Source of the DNA: Eledone cirrhosa
Taxonomy: Eukaryota
Direction of reading: 5' to 3'
Assembly: GCA_964016885.1 (NCBI GenBank)
Contig: OZ024748.1
Span: 27,032,001-27,096,000 of the forward strand
DNA: 64,000 nt
Made by a program: the position numbers and the translations under genes. Below, in pieces: positions 23,863-38,500 of the stretch (positions are counted from its first letter, which is position 1; each line of letters starts with the position of its first letter). Under the pieces are notes generated by a model. It was not told the DNA's origin. It saw nothing but the letters and a program-made list of their open reading frames with translations, and searched no databases.

Positions 23863-26800
23863 CCAGCTTTGTCTTTCTTCTGTTCGATGTTGATAAATAA
23901 ACTACCTGTATTGGAGTCGATTCTTTTATAACCCTTTCTTCCTCTCTGGAAGAAATCAGCTGTGTTTTAGACCTGGAGATGGGATGGCTCCACCAGGTTT
24001 AATTTACCCAAGATACCGTATGTCACGACGCCACCTCTTCGATTCAATTCTTCATTCATTCTTCAAAATATGAATATATATATAATATACGTACATGTTT
24101 GTGTGCGCGCGTGCTGTTGTTTTTAAATAACAGGTCTTCGCTGATCGAATAGACGAATGTTGCCCAACCTGACGTACGTAGTCCACCGGGAAGGGGGTTT
24201 CTTTTGTGGACAAATCTTTCAAAAACCTCAGCTCCGTGGGGTAAACAAAATCATTTAAATAAAAGAGGGACATTGTTAGTTGAAAGGTTGTGAGACACTG
24301 GAATAAACAGGGATCCTCGTTAGTTGAAAGGTTGGAAGACAACTGGAATAAAAAGTTGAAAGGTTTGGTGCTACTGAAATAATAGTAATAAAAAAACAAC
24401 TTCTGATAGAATCTTTTTGTAAGAACAACCCGCATCGTAGTTACGACAGGAACCTCTCCAGGGTAGCTTGACCTGCTATAAATAACAGTCAAATCTTCCC
24501 CCACACACACCCCCTACCGGCTTAAAGAAGGAAGGGCACATCGGTGAACGTATTTCTAGATATACAAATAAAGGGTATTGATCATAACAAGAACGTCTTT
24601 GATCATAGGCTTGCACAACTGGGGCTAAACAACAGTAATGATGACGATTCCGAATTTGCCAAGTCTTTATGTAAATTTATAGCGACAGGAGACGAATATA
24701 AGTTATGTGTTTATCTGTTTGATTTAATTTTGCTGTTTGTTAAACTTTGCACCTCTCAAAATATTTTCGTAACCATTATTTTTTTCTTTTCATAACGTTA
24801 GTTTGTTCTGTTTATAGATGTCATTTAAGCTCGTGTCAGCCCTGATCGAAACACACCTATTAAGTAACATGTCACAGCCAGGTATAGTGTATCTAGGACT
24901 ACATTATCTTATAGATACGAAGCGTTTTTATTGATAAAAAAAACAAAAATAAGCTTCATTCTTTTAACAAAAAAAAAAAGAAAAAAATTAGATTACTTTA
25001 TTAAAATTATTAGTTTGAAAAAATAGGTTTTTCTTTCCTTTTTAAAGACTACTTGTGATTTGAGTGCGATTTGACTGCTATTTTTTAACAAGTCTGGTGA
25101 ATGTGTAGATCACTGATTCCCAACCTGACCAAAGTTACACCTACAACAATCGGTTTTCTCAGCCCTTCCTTTTCAGTAAAAATATATTGTTTGTGTGATT
25201 AAGAAGCTTGCTTGGCAACCATAAGGTTTTGGATTTCGAACCCACTGCATGGCATCTTGTCTTCTATAAGCCTCGGGCTAATCAATTGTTGTATGAGTGA
25301 ATTTGGTAGATGGAAATTGCAGAAGCCTGTTCATTACTATTACCACCACCATATAACATCTATTTTTCACGCTTGTATGGGTTAAATGGACTGTCATGTT
25401 ATGAGGCTAATTTTAAATAATCTTGATATATATAGATATATATGTGTGTGTGATTGTGTCTATCTGTCTTCACATACATCTTTGCATTGATACCATTTAA
25501 GCAAACAATGATATTTATTCTGGGTTAGAATTAGCTAGGGCATCCACTCTTAGAATGATACATCATAAAAGTCTTGTCTAATTCATACCAGAATGGAAAA
25601 ATGGATGTAAAAATGATGATGATAAAATATTTAAATGAAGATATTTTAATTTTGCTTTTCTTTCTAAGTCGTATATATTAATTAATATTAATTAAAAGCT
25701 GTTTATCTCACTTCAAAATGTCTGCAAGTCTTATATAATTTCCCACCCAATTTCAGATGTCTATCACATACAACATTTGTGGTTACTTGTGCCTTCAGCC
25801 CCGATAGTAAACTGCTGATTTCTGGCTGCAATACAGGAAAACTTCGTGTTTGGGATATGTTTGATAACTTTGGTACCGCCAGGCATAAGGAGTTAGAAGC
25901 ACACGATCTTGGTATGATGGGATGTGATTTTTGGAGTGGTATATCAGCAGAAAGTAAGACCTTCTTTTCTAGACTTATATTCCTTATATACCCATATTTA
26001 TATTCTATCCTCATTTAACCTCTTGTCCATTCACTCCCCTTCAATACTTGGGCACTTTTGGCCTTGAAAGAACAGAGATGATGTAAAATGAAGCGGTCTC
26101 TTTTGCTATGTAGGGATAAGATGACCTCTTTAGTGTTGGCACCACAAGATATATCCAGTACACTCTGTAAGTGGTTGACAAATCAGAGGAAACATTGCAT
26201 AGAGAATGGTTTTTAGTTTGTTGAGGACACAACAATCTCTCTCATGCTGGCACTATAATAAAATGCACCCAGTGCAGTCTGTAAATGGCTGACAATTGAA
26301 TTGTAGATAACGTGGCATAGGGAATTCTCTTTAGTTTTTTCAAGGATATAACAACCTGTCTAGTGCTGGTGCCATCATAAAATGTACCCACTGTATTGTA
26401 AGTAGTAGTTGGCATTAGTAAGGGCATCCAGCTATAGAAACCTTGCCTTTGAGGGCAGAATTAACTTGGACTGTTTATGTTGGGCTTTTTAAACCTGGTA
26501 TGTCTGAACATAGCCAATTTTTCTAGAGAAAGAGATACAAAGAAAGAGAGAGAGAAGAGAGGGGATGGGAGAGAAAGAAAGAGAAGAAGAACTCTGGTAG
26601 TGGAACTTTATTTGTTGTCCCCAAAAGTATGAAATGCAAAAATTGACCTCTGCAGGATTTGAATTGAGGATACAGTGAACCGAAATATATATATATATAT
26701 ACACACAGGAGGTGGTGTGCAGGAGAGAAGACAGCGTTGGTATGGACATGTGATGTACATGGACAATGACTGCTGGGTGAAGAAATGCCAGGAAATCCCA

Positions 26801-29261
26801 GTGGAAGGAAGTTTTAATAGAGGAAGACCAAGAAAGACATGGGCGGAAGTGGTGACACCCTAATGACTCTGTAAATTTTCTGCCTTGCACATGAGTTGTA
26901 GATACTCTACTTTATGACAGTTGGTTTCATAATATTAATAATAATTGTTTCTACTTTTGGCACAAGGCCAGCTATTACTCAGTGCATTACTGGTACTTTA
27001 TTTTATCGACCCCGTAAGGATGAAAGGCAAGTTAATCTTGGCGGGATTTGAACACAGAATGGCAAGGGCCGTAACTCTATGTGTCAAAGCATGGCGTCCG
27101 ACCTTCTACTGACACTGCCAATCCACCGCCTTATAATAATAATAATAATAATAATAATGGTTTCTGATTTAGGCACAAGGCCAGCAATTTTAGGGGAGAA
27201 CAAAGGAGATTAATTAGACCTCAGTGCATTACTAGTACTCTATTTTATTGATCCCGTAGGGATGAAAGGATAAAATAATGATTTCTATTTGAGGCACAAG
27301 GCCAGCAATTTCGGGGAAAGGGGAAAATCGATTGTTTTGACAGTGGTATTTTATTTCATTGATCCTGTAAAGAGCTGGAACAAATACTGCAAATCATTAT
27401 GTCCAACACATGAATATTTCTACCAGTACACCACCCTAACAACAACAATAATAACAACAGTAATAGCAACAACAACAATAATAACAATAACAATAATTGT
27501 TTCTACTTTTTGGCACAAGGCCAACAATTATCCCAGTACATTACTGGTACTTTATTTTATCGACCCCGTAAGGATGAAAGGCAAAGTTAACCTTGGCGGG
27601 ATGAATAATTATCATCATCACCATTGAACATCCATTTCAGATCGTAAAGGGACGTAACTATGCTGGAAAGCATAATCCAACCCTCTACCGATACTGCCAA
27701 TTCACCACCCTCTATATAACAATAACAATAATAACAACACATAGCAACAGCAATAATGATAATAATAACAACGACAACAACAATAATAATAATAATGATA
27801 ATGATTTCTACTATAGGCACAAGGCTAATCATTATTAGAAATCAACCTTACGGGGTCGATAAAATAAAGTACCAGTAACGCACTGGATAATTGCTGGCCT
27901 TGTGCCAAAAAGTAGAAACAATTATTAGAAATCAACAATAATGATAATGGTAACAACAAATGTTGTTGTGCTGTTAACCCTTTAATGTTCAAACTGGCCA
28001 AAACCGGCCAGAATTCTCTACCTCTTTCTGTTGAAACTGGCTGTAACTGGTCACTGAAACTGATGTTAAGGTATTGTTCTCAAAATAAATACTTTCAAAA
28101 TCTCATCGATTCGATATTATGTGAGATAATTATGTGAGATAAAGCCTTTACCATGAAAATATAATAGTATATATAGAGTAATGTGAATGCTAAAGGGTTA
28201 AATGATGATACACATGCATCTGTCTGTTATTTTCAGGTGATTGTACCAAATATTTACTGGCAACCTGTGGCCAAGATGCGCTGATAAAACTCTGGGAAAT
28301 AGTGTCTACTAATATAAGATGTAAGTATTGCTAGATGGAGAGTCATCATCATCATCATTTCATTTTACGTCCGCTTTTTCCCTGCTTGCAAGGGTGGGAC
28401 GGGAACTGATTCTGGCTTGATTTCTACAGCTGGATGCCCTTCCTAACACCAACCTCATTTACAGTGAGTGCTGGGTGCTTTTTTGCCGTGGCACCTCCCC
28501 GACCACTTTGCAGTGGAATGATATGGACCCCAGTCCCTATCATCTCATTTCTACAGCTGAGTAAACTGGAGCAATGTGAAATAAAGTGTCTTGCACAAGG
28601 AAAGACATCACCTGGTCTGAGAATTGAACTCACAACCTTCGATTGCAAGGCCAATGCTATAACCACTAAGCCATGTGCCTCCATGTGTGTGTATGTATAT
28701 GTATAAATTTGAAAAAATTAATAGCTGGGCCTTCTTTTGGGTAAGTTGGGGTAGTTTCTCTTCCTCCCATTCATTCTCTACATTCATTAATCTCTCATAG
28801 TAACATTTCCAGGCCTCTTTCTTTCGGGCATTAATGTTATTAAGTGCACCAGTGTCATTTCTAATACATTTGGATTTGCAATGTAAGTGTGAGAGAAAGG
28901 CAGAGCTTGGACAAACTGAGGGAGAAGCTGGGTTTAAAAGGATTCGAAGGTAGTGTGCAGGAGAGAAGACTGCATTGGTATGGACATGTGATGTGCATGG
29001 ACAATGACCACTGGGTGAAGAAATGCCAGAAAATCCCAGTGGAAGCAAGTTTTAATAGAGGAAGACCAAGAAAGATATGGGCGGAGGTGGTGAGAGCTGA
29101 TCTTAAATTGCTAAGACTGGCAGAGGAGATGACAAAGGAACGTGATAAGTGGAGAGATACCATGCTGAGAAGGACCCGTGCAACCCATGCAAGCATGGTA
29201 AAACATGTAAAAACGATGATGATGATGTTGATATGTGTATATGTGTGTGTGTGTATGTATA

Positions 29262-29312
<51 letters not shown>

Positions 29313-32300
29313 TAGAACCTCGGTTCACAAACAATTTTTCTGAACATAAAATGTCTTGGTTGATGAACAGTGTCTCAAGTAACAAATGTGGAAGCCAGCA
29401 ACAACAGTTGGCAACAAGCTTGGAGTATTATTAGGAAACCATCACTTGTAGTTAATTACTATAGTGATATCTTTCACACAATCTCATGTTTTGGGTGGTG
29501 AACGGTCTCCAGGAATGAATTAAGTTTGTGAACCAAAGTTTCTCTGTATATGTGTTAAGTGGTGTCTGTATGTAAAAGAGGGGGCGAGCGAGAGAGAGAG
29601 GGAGAGATGATTGGACTAGTTAACTAAACTATTATTACTATGAAAGAGGGGGAGAGATGATTGGTCTAGTTAATTAAACTATTATTATTATGAAAGAGAG
29701 GGAGAGATGATTGGACTAGTTAACTAAACTATTATTACCATGAAAGAGGGGGAGAGATGATTGGTCTAGTTAATTAAACTATTATTATTATGAAAGAGAG
29801 GGAGAGATGATTGGCCTAGTTAACTAAACTATTATTACTATGAAAGAGGGGGAGAGATGATTGGTCTAGTTAATTAAACTATTATTATTATTATGAAAGA
29901 GAGGGAGAGATGATTGGACTAGTTAACTAAACTATTATTACTATGAAAGAGGGGGAGAGATGATTGGTCTAGTTAATTAAACTATTATTATTATTATGAA
30001 AGAGAGGGAGAGATGATTGGACTAGTTAACTAAACTATTATTACCATGAAAGAGAGGGAGAGATGATTGGACTAGTTAACTAAACTATTATTACCATGAA
30101 AGAGAGGGAGAGATTATTGGACTAGTTAACTAAACTATTATTACCATGAAAGAGGGGCAGAGATGATTGGACTAGTTAACTAAACTATTATTACCATGAA
30201 AGAGAGGGCGAGATGATTGGACTAATTAACTAAACTATTATTACCATGAAAGAGAGGCAGAGATGATTGGACTAGTTAACTAAACTATTATTACCATGAA
30301 AGAGAGGGAGAGATGATTGGACTAGTTAACTAAACTATTATTACCATGAAAGAGAGGGAGAGATGATTGGACTAGTTAACTAAACTATTATTACCATGAA
30401 AGAGGGTCAGAGATGATTGGACTAGTTAACTAAACTATTATTACCATGAAAGAGAGGGAGAGATGATTGGACTAGTTAACTAAACTATTATTACCATGAA
30501 AGAGAGGCAGAGATGATTGGACTAGTTAACTAAACTATTATTACCATGAAAGAGAGGGAGAGATGATTGGACTAGTTAACTAAACTATTATTACCATGAA
30601 AGAGAGGGAGAGATGATTGGACTAGTTAACTAAACTATTATTACTATGAAAGAGGGGGAGAGATGATTGGTCTAGTTAATTAAACTATTATTATTATGAA
30701 AGAGAGGGAGAGATGATTGGATTAGTTAACTAAACTATTATTACTATGAAAGAGGGGGAGAGATGATTGGTCTAGTTAATTAAACTATTATTATTATGAA
30801 AGAGAGGCAGAGATGATTGGACTAGTTAACTAAACTATTATTACCATGAAAGAGGGGCAGAGATGATTGGACTAGTTAACTAAACTATTATTACCATGGA
30901 AGAAGGGAGAGAGGGAGCTGTATAATTGGCCTAGTTAACTCAACTACCATTATCATGGCAGTAGAGTACTGAAGAGATTTTGGTGTTGGTGAAATACTGC
31001 CGTGTTGTCTACTTGGGTGGCTGGTGGAGAGGGGAAGAGGGTGGTACACACAGTGATTGACTAGGTCAGATGTGTGTTAAGTCTATACTAACCATATACC
31101 CTTCCTATACCAGTAATTATTGCAGATTAGTGGTTGCTTTACCTGTAAACCTTCTCTACTTTAGAGTGTCATAAAATAATTTACATATGTCAGTAACCTT
31201 GCACTCCTCCCACTTTACATGTAAACCTTTTCTACTTTAGAGCAACACAACACAACTACTTTACATTTGTCAGGTCCTTGTACCTTCCAGTTTATATAAC
31301 TAAGACTATCAATTGCCTTAACTTGAATGTAAATATATCTATAACAAAACAAAGCTATCCACAAACCCAAGCAAACATAATCCATAAACTTACCTTTGAC
31401 CTCATTCACTAGACCCATACCACACAAGGTAAAGTTACACACGTCCTTCTAAAACATGTCCCAAACTTCTTGACAAAACAAATACTGACCCACTCTAATT
31501 ACTGGTATGGGGATGATGGATATCATTAGGCTGCAACTATCATATTACATAGTTTCATCATCATCATCATTACCATTGTCTAACATCTATTTTCCATGCT
31601 TGCATGGGTTAGACAGCTGTCATGTGCTGAGGCCAGACTGGTCAGGTGACTAGGCCCTGCTCATACACTTTGTTTTGAATTGGTTTCTATGGCTGGAAGC
31701 CCTTCCTAATGCCAATAATCTGCAGTGACTACAGCCCTAATATGCAATTGACATAGAACTTACTCATAACCAGTACAAACATTAGGAACTACCACTGCCC
31801 CAAATCCCTTACAAGCCTGAACTGCTATACAGACACTCATTGACACTAACCTCACACTCAACCACCAAACACTCATCGACACTAACCTCTCACTCAACCA
31901 CCAGACACTTATCGACGCTAACCTTACACTTAACCACCAGACACTTATCGATACCAACCTCATACTCAACCACCAGACACTCATTGACACTCTCAGTCAA
32001 CTACCAGACACTACACTAACCTCACACTCAACCACCAGACACTCATTGACACTCTCAGTCAACCACCAGACACTACACTAATCTCAAACTCAACCACCAG
32101 ACACTACACCAACCTTACACTCAACCACCAGACACTACACTCACCTTACACTCAACCACCAGACACTACACTCACCTCACACTCAACCACCAGACACTAT
32201 ACTCACCCACCAGACACTACACTCACCTCACACTCAACCACCACACACTACACTCACCTCACATTCAACCACCAGACACTCATCTCACACTCAACTACCA

Positions 32301-35300
32301 GACATTACATTCACCTCACACTCAACCACCAAACACTACACTCACCTCACACTACACTCACCACACAACCATCAGATACCTACTGACACTCAACCATCAG
32401 ACACATACTGACACTCAACCACCAGATACACACTACACTCATCTCACACTCAACCACCAGAATGTGAACTGGTATACAGACACTCACTGATGCTAATCCC
32501 ACACTCAACCACGAGACACTCACTGATGTTAATCTCTCACACTGACACAACCAAGATCCTCCAATCCCCCATATATCTAATCAAACCCCCTAATCCATTT
32601 ATCAGACCAATAAACCTGTGAAGAAAAGAAGTGAAGCTATATGCCCAACAAATAAATCACCAAGTATATATACTACTATACACCATTCTACTTTAGATTG
32701 ACTCAACTATTATAAGTTCATACCTTGCCTAATACTCCTCTTTTTCAATGTTTTGTCTGCCAGGTGTACGAGTTAGCAGTAAGTATATTCTGGTTGGACA
32801 TGAGGCACCAGTCTCTGTTTGTTGTTTTTCATATCAGAGAAAACTGCTGGCTTCAGGGTAAGTAGATTCTCAAAATATTCTTAAATAAAGGGTGACATGG
32901 GATGGTTTGGGATTGACAGAATTAATAGAGCAACACACAATATACCAAGTCAGTTTCTCTACTCTGAGTAATACATCGATTAAGTCAGCCTTAAAAGCTA
33001 AAATCTTATGTATTTCAGTATTACAGCCTTGAAAACTAAAATCTTATGTGCTTCGTATATTTTCTCTATAAATCCTTTACAGTATTATATGTCTACAGAA
33101 TCATCTGCTTGTTTTCTTTCCAGATCTTTTGATAAAACTGTAAGACTTTGGAACCCTGTAAGTCACCATTTTGTTCTTCGAATTCCAAAGAAACATATTA
33201 GTTGTCTGTTAGAAATTGAGGTTGTTATTGTTGTTTAGCTTCAAATCAGCCCATACAGAGTAAGATCTACAGTCAAAGGCATTTCAGCCATAGAATACTG
33301 CTTCTAAAACATCTAAACTACACAGCCATGCCTACACCTTTGCATGGTTTGTATGTCCTATGTGTTTAAAGTCTTTTCTATGTTCTGTCTTGATAGTTTT
33401 TAGTATGTTTTGTTTGTATAATCAGTTTTATATATTTGATGTATATATATTGTTTTTTTCCTGTTTATGTATGTTATGTGTATATAATAATAATAATAAT
33501 GAAATTATTCTGTACAGTGCTCAGGTGCACTACAACTCATCAAAGGTGCATGTATATTACATAGAATAATGTACAAATGTCAGGAAAATGAACAGTGTAT
33601 GAGTCATGATATACATGTGTGCATGTGTATGGAGGGGGATATCAGATATAGTGTTGGCGAATTTTAGGAAGCATGGAGGTTTTAACGGATGCAGTGTCGT
33701 GGCAGCTAACAACTGATGCAGGTAGTTTGTTCCAATCTTCAGCAACTCTGAGTGTAAAAAAAATGTTTCCGAAAGTCATGGGAGCTGTGCTGTTTTCTGA
33801 CTTTGTTGGCATGCCCACGTGTTTTAGACAAATGGAAATCAGCGTTGTTGTTGGCAAGATGGTTAATAATTTTGTGGGTGTTTACCAAGTCAGTTGCTAG
33901 ACGTCGGAGCTTCAATGTATCCATGCCCAGGGAAGCAAGGCGCTCAGAGTATGGTAGATGCCTGATGGAGGGTATTCACAAACTCTGTATTGATTTTTGT
34001 TGTTGTTCTTCTTCTTCAACAGGAATGGTAAGAGAATGGTCGGTTATTGTTGTTGAGAAGTAACGGGGGAGGAAGTCATGGGTTCCTGTTATTGATGATG
34101 TCCATCAACAGGAGTAGTAGCAGAAGCTACAGTCGTTGGTTTTTGCCGTTGTTCAGGAACAATGGTAGAGGAAGGCATGATCGTTGGTTTTTGTTGTTAT
34201 TCAACAGCAATAGTAGAAGCAGACACACAGGCCAGGCACTGAAAGGACCATATAAATAACTATCTATGTTATGTGTATATATATAGTTCTGTATGTTATG
34301 TGTAGATAAATAGTTGTGTATGTTATGTGTGTATATATATATATATATGGTTGTGTATGTTATGTGTATATAGATAGTTGTGTATGTTATGTGTATATAA
34401 ATGATTATGTTTATTTGTTTTTTGCCTATTTAATAGTAAATATGCTTGTGTGATATATATGATGCTATATAATTGTTTATACAAGGCCAGCAATTATCCC
34501 AGTGTATTACTGGTACTTTATTTTATCGACCCTGTAAGGATGAAAGGCAAATGCTATATGAGGCTATGTAATACTGTGTAAGGCATTGGCAGTTGGATAG
34601 AATGTTTGCAATATTTGTTTCAACTCTTTGCTCCCTGAGTTCGAATCGCATTGAGGTCAACTTTGCTTTTCATCCATTCGAGATCAATAAAAATAAGTGC
34701 CAGTCTAGTACTGGGGTTGATTCTTCCTCTATATCTCTTTCTCACTTCCATCCTCTCTCACTTTGCATCCTTCTCTGAAAGAAATCTGCTGTATTCAGAC
34801 CTGGAGAGGAGATGGGCTCCGCTAGGTTTTAAAAAATACCCTAGAAATGCTATATATCAATATGGCACCCCTACGACTCCATCAGGAGTTTTGGAAATAC
34901 AAAAAAAAAAAAAAAAAGAGAGAATATTGTGTAATGTTATGTCATGCTTTGTAATGTTGGGTCATGTAATAAGAAGAGAAAATTTGATTTTTATTGAGTC
35001 TACTTCATAAGGTTTATTGTTTATATTATGTTTCAGACAAACGGTGATTGTATCCAAATACTTACCAGTCACACAAGGTGAGGAGAAGAGGAGGGGGGCT
35101 TTCTTTTTTTTACTACTGATACTGTCATCATTAGCAGTCAGCTCAATGTCATCATCATCATCATCATGTTAATGTCATTATCTCAATGTTACCATCATCA
35201 TTGCCTCATGTCAATGTTGTCATCATTACCATAATTGTCATGTGAATGCCATCATCATCATTGTCATAATGTTATCATTATCATATATCATCTTAATGTT

Positions 35301-35463
35301 ATCGTTATCACAGTGTTATCTTATCATCATCATATTTGTCATGTCAATGACAAATCATTTCAATATTATAATTATGATTGTCATGTGAGTGCTATCTTTA
35401 TCATCATCATCATTGTCATAATTATTACATTTGATCATCATGACTATCATCCTATTTGTGGTG

Positions 35464-35525
<62 letters not shown>

Positions 35526-38500
35526 TATATACATATACACACATACCAAATAAATAAATGGAGGAGGTGCAATCCTTTTAAAACCAAATTTGGTTTTAAA
35601 CGTATTGCACCTCCTCCATTTATTTTGCTTATACTTGCTCTTCTTGCCTTCTTCATTAAATATTAACCCCTCTTTAATATTTACCACTGCTACCCTAAGC
35701 ATCGAGCACACCTCGCTTCGGCTATCGAAGCATTTAGCATACTGTATCACCTTTCTTTTTCTCTCTCCTCCTCTCTTATGATACATATCTCCTCTTAAGA
35801 TATATATATATATATGTATATATATACAGTACAACATCTACACTGTATACCTGTCTGTTATAAAAGAGTTGGCGCCAGGAAGGGGGCAGCTGGTTGTGAA
35901 ACTTTACAAAGGTCTTCATGTCATGGGTCCTGCAGGCTAACCCCACTGCATTTGCAGGGTTTAGCAGACCTTAAAATGTTTGTTATTGTTGTTGTCTCAT
36001 GTTATTCATGGTTATCAAGTTGGCACTGTTGTAGCAGTTATCATCATTGTTATTGTTATTTTGGTTTTTATTGTATTATCATCAGAATAGCTATTATTAT
36101 CATTATTATCATCATCATCATCATCATCATTTTACGTCCGCTTTTTCCCTGCTTGCAAGGGTGGGACGGGAACTGATTCTGGCTTGATTTCTACAGCTGG
36201 ATGCCTTTCCTAACACCAACCTCATTTACAGTGAGTGCTGGGTGCTTTTTTGCCGTGGCACCTCCACGACCACTTTGCAGTGGAATGATAGGGATCCCAG
36301 TCCTATCATCTCATTTCTACAGCTGAGTAAACTGGAGCAATGTGAAATAAAGTGTCTTGCTCAAGGAAACAACACATCACTCGGTCTGAGAATTGAACTC
36401 ACAACCTTTCGATTGCAAGCCCAATGCTCTAACCACTAAGCCATGTGCCTCCATCATTATCATCATTATTGCTATTATTATCCCGGGAAGGGCTGGCAGA
36501 TTTTATGTGCCTGGTGGCCATGGCGAAAGAGGTCGTGTGATGGACGCATTTGAAAGGGCTGAAAACGAGCACTTACCTCTTCCTTCAGTGATGCCCTGAT
36601 TAACTTTTTCAAATTTAATTTGAAAAGAAAAATCAGGGTGGAATGGAGGGAAGTGCTCTCTTCCCAACAATTTGTTGAAAGATGGGTGAGAGAGGTGAGC
36701 ATCGCCCGAGTAAATGTGCCTGCTCTGAGTAGATATCAGCACACTGGCCAATGAGGCTTGTTTGCATAATTGCAAACGAATCGAATGTTATTATTAATAT
36801 TCGAAAAACTCGAATTATATTTATTGTATTCAGCCATGTAGAGTGAACATTTAAAATTTTTTTTATTTGAATGTGGCAAAACCGGCCATTTATCACTCGT
36901 ATACAGGAAACTGACTGGCCAGTCTGCTGATATGCAAATCTGGCTGATCAGTGGATCTGCTAATATGCAGATCTGACTGATCAGCCAGTCTGCTAATATG
37001 CAGATCAGGCTGATCAGTCACTGTATATTTTAGAAAATAGCATATATTTTCACTAGCTCTGACAGTTTGGCAGGTGAACAGTGAGCTGTACTGATGAAGG
37101 GTGATACACAGAAACATTAGTGTCTGAAGTTCTGTTTACATGCCAACACAAGAGCAAGAATGAAGGGTTCATTCTACTGACATGGCTTTAAAAATGAGGC
37201 TTGTTTGCATAATTGCTAATGAATCGAATGTTATTATTAATATTTGAAAAACTCAGATTACATTTATTGTATTCAGCCATGTAGAGCGGAAATTTATTTT
37301 TTTTTGTTTAGATTATACACAGACATGTATATAATGTGTATAATGTGTGTGTATACATATATATATATAAATGTGTGTGTGTATATACATATATATGTGT
37401 GTGTGTATATATATAAGTGGGTGTCTAATCTATATACATTGATCATAGACTCACACACACATATAGACATACACACACACACTCACATATATATATATAT
37501 ATACACAACTCTCTCTCTCTCTTCCATTCTCCTTCTCTGTCTCTTCTTCTCTCTATCTCTCTCTTTCAATCTACTCTGTCACAGCCACTATCTCTTCCTC
37601 TCTTTCTCTTTCTTTGTTTATGAAGGTACTCGGAGAAACCCCATATCTCGGGAACCCGTGGTCCGATTTACACGAAACTTGTTTTATTCCATTTGTACTC
37701 TCATTTGAGGGTCAACTTACTTTCAAAGTATTTTCCCATTATGTGCCCATTTGGCTGTATTACATTACAGACAGACAAGCAAGCAATCACAGACTTTTAG
37801 TAATATATATATAGATATTGTTTTTGTTGTTTTTTTTTACTCAATTTTATTGAAACCTCCCACTGTCCCTTTCGTTTTGAATTGTCCCCTGTATGTAGGT
37901 CCTAGTTATGGCCCTTTACATTCTGAGTTTAAATCCTGCTGAGGTTAGCTTTATTTTCATCCGTACGGGGTCGATAAAATAAAGCGCCAGTAATGCACTA
38001 GGGGCGATTTAATCGACTTTCCCATCTCCCCGAATTGCTGGCCTTGTGCCTCTAGTAGAAATCATCAATATCATCATTATTATTAGTGTATTGGCAGTAT
38101 CGGTAGAGGGTCGGATGCCATGCTTTCCAGCATAGTTACGTCCCTTTACGATCTGAGTTCAAATCCCGCCGAGGTTGACTTTGCCTTTCATCCTTACGGG
38201 GTCGATAAAATAAAGTACCAGTAATGCACTGGGTAATTGCTGGCCTTGTGCCTAAAGTAGAAACAATTTTTATTATTGTAGAATGTAGAAAGTCGTAACT
38301 AAATACCGCAAACTATTTTGTCTGACATCCTACCTATACTGCCAATCCACCACCTTGTTGATCATAATAATTGTTTCTACTTTTGGCACAAGGCCAGCAA
38401 TTACCCAGTGCATTACTGGTACTTTATTTTATCGACCCCGTAAGGATGAAAGGCAAAGTTAACCTCGGCGGGATTTGAACTCAGTCCGTAAAGGGATGTA

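Noticed and set aside
24052-24540. 152-aa minus-strand ORF in a CpG-richer intronic block
   Set aside because: No recognisable domain or splice context; probably an unclassified repeat that I cannot identify.
29598-30905. CRISPR-like regular repeat (also considered for the 33-bp array)
   Set aside because: No unique spacers and no cas genes; these are eukaryotic intronic tandem repeats.
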